Assembly (NCBI GenBank): GCA_027340875.1
Contig: DAIENX010000003.1
Coordinates: 1 to 28,132 of the forward strand
DNA length: 28,132 nt
From: Elusimicrobiota bacterium
GTDB lineage: Bacteria > Elusimicrobiota > Elusimicrobia > Elusimicrobiales > UBA9959
Direction: 5' to 3'
A program made the position numbers and the translations under genes. Below, in pieces: positions 26,236 to 28,132 of this stretch; positions within the stretch are counted from its first letter, which is position 1, and each line of letters begins with the position of its first letter. The notes beneath the pieces were generated by a model. It was not told the origin of the DNA, did not search any database, and saw nothing but the letters and a program-made list of their open reading frames with translations.

Positions 26236-26910
26236 CTACCTGTTGTCTTCGGGCGAGATCAGGCCCTTCTCTATGGCCTTGACCACCGCCTCGGTGCGGT
26301 TGTTGACGCCGAGCTTCTGAAAGATGCTGTTCAGGTGGTTCTTCACCGTCTTCACGGAGCAGTTCAACTCCGCCGCTATCTCCTTGTTGCTCTTGCCCTT
26401 GCCGAGCAGCGCCATCACCTTTATTTCGGTGGCTGTCAGGCTGTCGGGGGCGCTGTCGTAGCCGGGGGAACCCATCTGGCGCAGGCCCTGGATCAGCTTG
26501 CCCATGATCGGCTGCGGGATCATCACGCCCTCGCTGGTGAAGGTCTTCAGCGCGTGCACCAGTTCGGAAGCGGGCAGCATCTTGGACAGGTAGCCGTTGG
26601 CTCCGGCCTGTATGGCCTCGGTGATGTGGGCCTCGTCCTCGTAGGAGGAGAGGATCAGCACGTTGGTGGAGGGGCATTCCTTGCGGATGACCCGGGTGGC
26701 GGAGACGCCGTCCATCTGAGGGAGCTTTATGTCCATCAGGATGACGTCCGGCTTTATCTTCTTGGCCATAGCCACCGCCTCGGGGCCGGTGGAGGCCTCC
26801 CCCACTACCTCAATGCCCTTCTCGTCCTCGAGCAGGTCCTTGATGCCTTCGCGGAAGAGGGTCTGGTCATCGGCTATCAGTACTGTCACGTTCTTCTTGG
26901 CAACGGCCAT
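26236..26910 (-). CDS. NarL/LuxR-family two-component response regulator
   Basis: REC motifs VLIADD, PDVILMDI and GANGYLSK; LuxR HTH LTATEIKVMALLGKGKSNKEIAAELNCSVKTVKNHLNSIFQKLGV. Confidence 0.96.
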   Translation of the reverse strand: MAVAKKNVTVLIADDQTLFREGIKDLLEDEKGIEVVGEASTGPEAVAMAKKIKPDVILMDIKLPQMDGVSATRVIRKECPSTNVLILSSYEDEAHITEAIQAGANGYLSKMLPASELVHALKTFTSEGVMIPQPIMGKLIQGLRQMGSPGYDSAPDSLTATEIKVMALLGKGKSNKEIAAELNCSVKTVKNHLNSIFQKLGVNNRTEAVVKAIEKGLISPEDNR

Positions 26911-26937
26911 AATGCGCTCCTTGTCTGCTGCTGGTAT

Positions 26938-28116
26938 TTACTTGCGCCCCCCGCCCTGCTGTCCCTGCTTCTGCGCGTCCGCCGGGGGCGGTTCCTTGGC
27001 GAACGGTATCACGAACTTGAAGGCGGAGCCCTTGCCCACGCCCTCGCTCTCCACTATGATGCGGCCGTCGTGGCTCTGCACGATCTCCTTGGAGATCGAC
27101 AGGCCGAGGCCGAGCCGCCCGTGCGGCGACTTGCCGCCTTCGGGCTGGTAAAAGCTCTGGCCGAGTCTCGGCAGGACCTCGGGGTCTATGCCCTCCCCGT
27201 TGTCCCTCACCGATACGCATACGTTGTCGGGGTCCTTCTCGTAGGGTCCCACGAGGACCGTTATCTTACCGCCGCGCTGCGTGTGGCGGATCGCGTTCTC
27301 GAGCAGGTTCATCAGCACCTGGCCGATGCGGCGCTTGTCGGCGCAGACCATCTTGAGGCCGGGCTGGAACTCGGTGGCTATCTCTATGTTCTTCTGCATC
27401 GCGCGCGCCTTGGGGCCGACGACGAGCTCCTCCACCATCTTGTCCATCTCGAAATAGTTCTTCTCCAGGCGGAACTTGCCCTGCTCGATGGAGGCCCAGT
27501 CCACCAGGTCGCCTATCAGGCGCGAGATCTGCGTGATGCTGGCGCTGATGAAGTCCATCTTCTTCTTCTGGTCGTTGTTCGGGCTGATGGTGGCGGCCAG
27601 CATCTCGAAGCTGATCTGCAGCGTCATCAGCGCGTTGGACAGGTCGTGCGAGGCCATCGACATGAACTTGCTCTTCATGCCGTTGAGCCGGTCGAGCTCC
27701 TCGTTGTTGTTCTTCAGCATGTCGATCAGGCGGCGGTTCTCCTGCTCGAGGTAGAGCTTCTCCTCGGCCTTCTTGATCGCGCGGCGCAGGTAGTTGAAAT
27801 CGACGGGCTTTATCAGGAAGTCGTAGACGGACTCCTGGATGGCCTTGACCGCGGTGTCGAGGGACGCGTGCGCGGTCATCATCAGGATCTGGCTGTCGGT
27901 GTTGAGCTTGCGGATGTCCTTGATGACCTCGATGCCGGTCTTGTCGGTCAGGTTGAAGTCCATCAGGATGACGTGGAAGAAGTCGCTGACGACCATCTTC
28001 ATCGCGTCGGCGCCGGAGCCGGCCTCGAAGACCTTGTAGCCTTCCATCTCCAGCAGGTCGCGCAGCGTCTCGCGCAAATGCGCGTCGTCGTCAACGATGA
28101 GTATCTTGCTGTCCAT
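26938..28116 (-). CDS. Cytoplasmic hybrid sensor kinase (REC-HisKA-HATPase_c)
   Basis: N-terminal REC (ILIVDDD, VILMD, FLIKP); H box MASHDL, N box NLLENAIRHT, G1 DNGEGI, G2 GLGLSISKEIV; no TM segment. Confidence 0.95.
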   Translation of the reverse strand: MDSKILIVDDDAHLRETLRDLLEMEGYKVFEAGSGADAMKMVVSDFFHVILMDFNLTDKTGIEVIKDIRKLNTDSQILMMTAHASLDTAVKAIQESVYDFLIKPVDFNYLRRAIKKAEEKLYLEQENRRLIDMLKNNNEELDRLNGMKSKFMSMASHDLSNALMTLQISFEMLAATISPNNDQKKKMDFISASITQISRLIGDLVDWASIEQGKFRLEKNYFEMDKMVEELVVGPKARAMQKNIEIATEFQPGLKMVCADKRRIGQVLMNLLENAIRHTQRGGKITVLVGPYEKDPDNVCVSVRDNGEGIDPEVLPRLGQSFYQPEGGKSPHGRLGLGLSISKEIVQSHDGRIIVESEGVGKGSAFKFVIPFAKEPPPADAQKQGQQGGGRK

Positions 28117-28132
28117 GCCTGTAGGCGCGCCG

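Overview
GC-rich bacterial window in which every credible gene lies on the minus strand. My impression is an Elusimicrobiota-like genome, but this cannot be verified from the sequence. In transcription order (right to left) it carries: a cytoplasmic REC-HisKA-HATPase kinase and a NarL/LuxR response regulator; a Flp-type pilin with TadG- and TadE-like pseudopilins; a compact FtsH-like AAA+ metalloprotease; a membrane-anchored Gly-rich protein with a Cys-cluster tail; a lipoprotein PDZ/S41 (CtpA-like) peptidase whose catalytic Ser/Lys appear substituted; a structured non-coding region of about 650 nt; a secreted HEAT-repeat protein; and a giant exported protein gene. The giant gene starts at 18243, runs off the left edge (at least 6,081 codons) and contains a propeller-like N-terminus, an IPT-like domain and about 43 Ig-like domains. 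Main observations: (1) the non-coding region has a near-perfect sigma70 promoter, a 14-bp stem enclosing an array of GCRGU repeats, and a GEMM-I riboswitch aptamer with the A20 signature of 3',3'-cGAMP sensors, followed by a terminator/antiterminator; (2) the Ig array is organised as an 11-domain, ~4.2-kb super-repeat with mosaic similarity between units; (3) a single in-frame TAA at 11938-11940 replaces a Tyr conserved in two paralogous repeats, and the frame stays open for about 3,979 further codons. Together these suggest, by inference, a cyclic-dinucleotide-gated giant adhesin locus next to Tad pilin genes.
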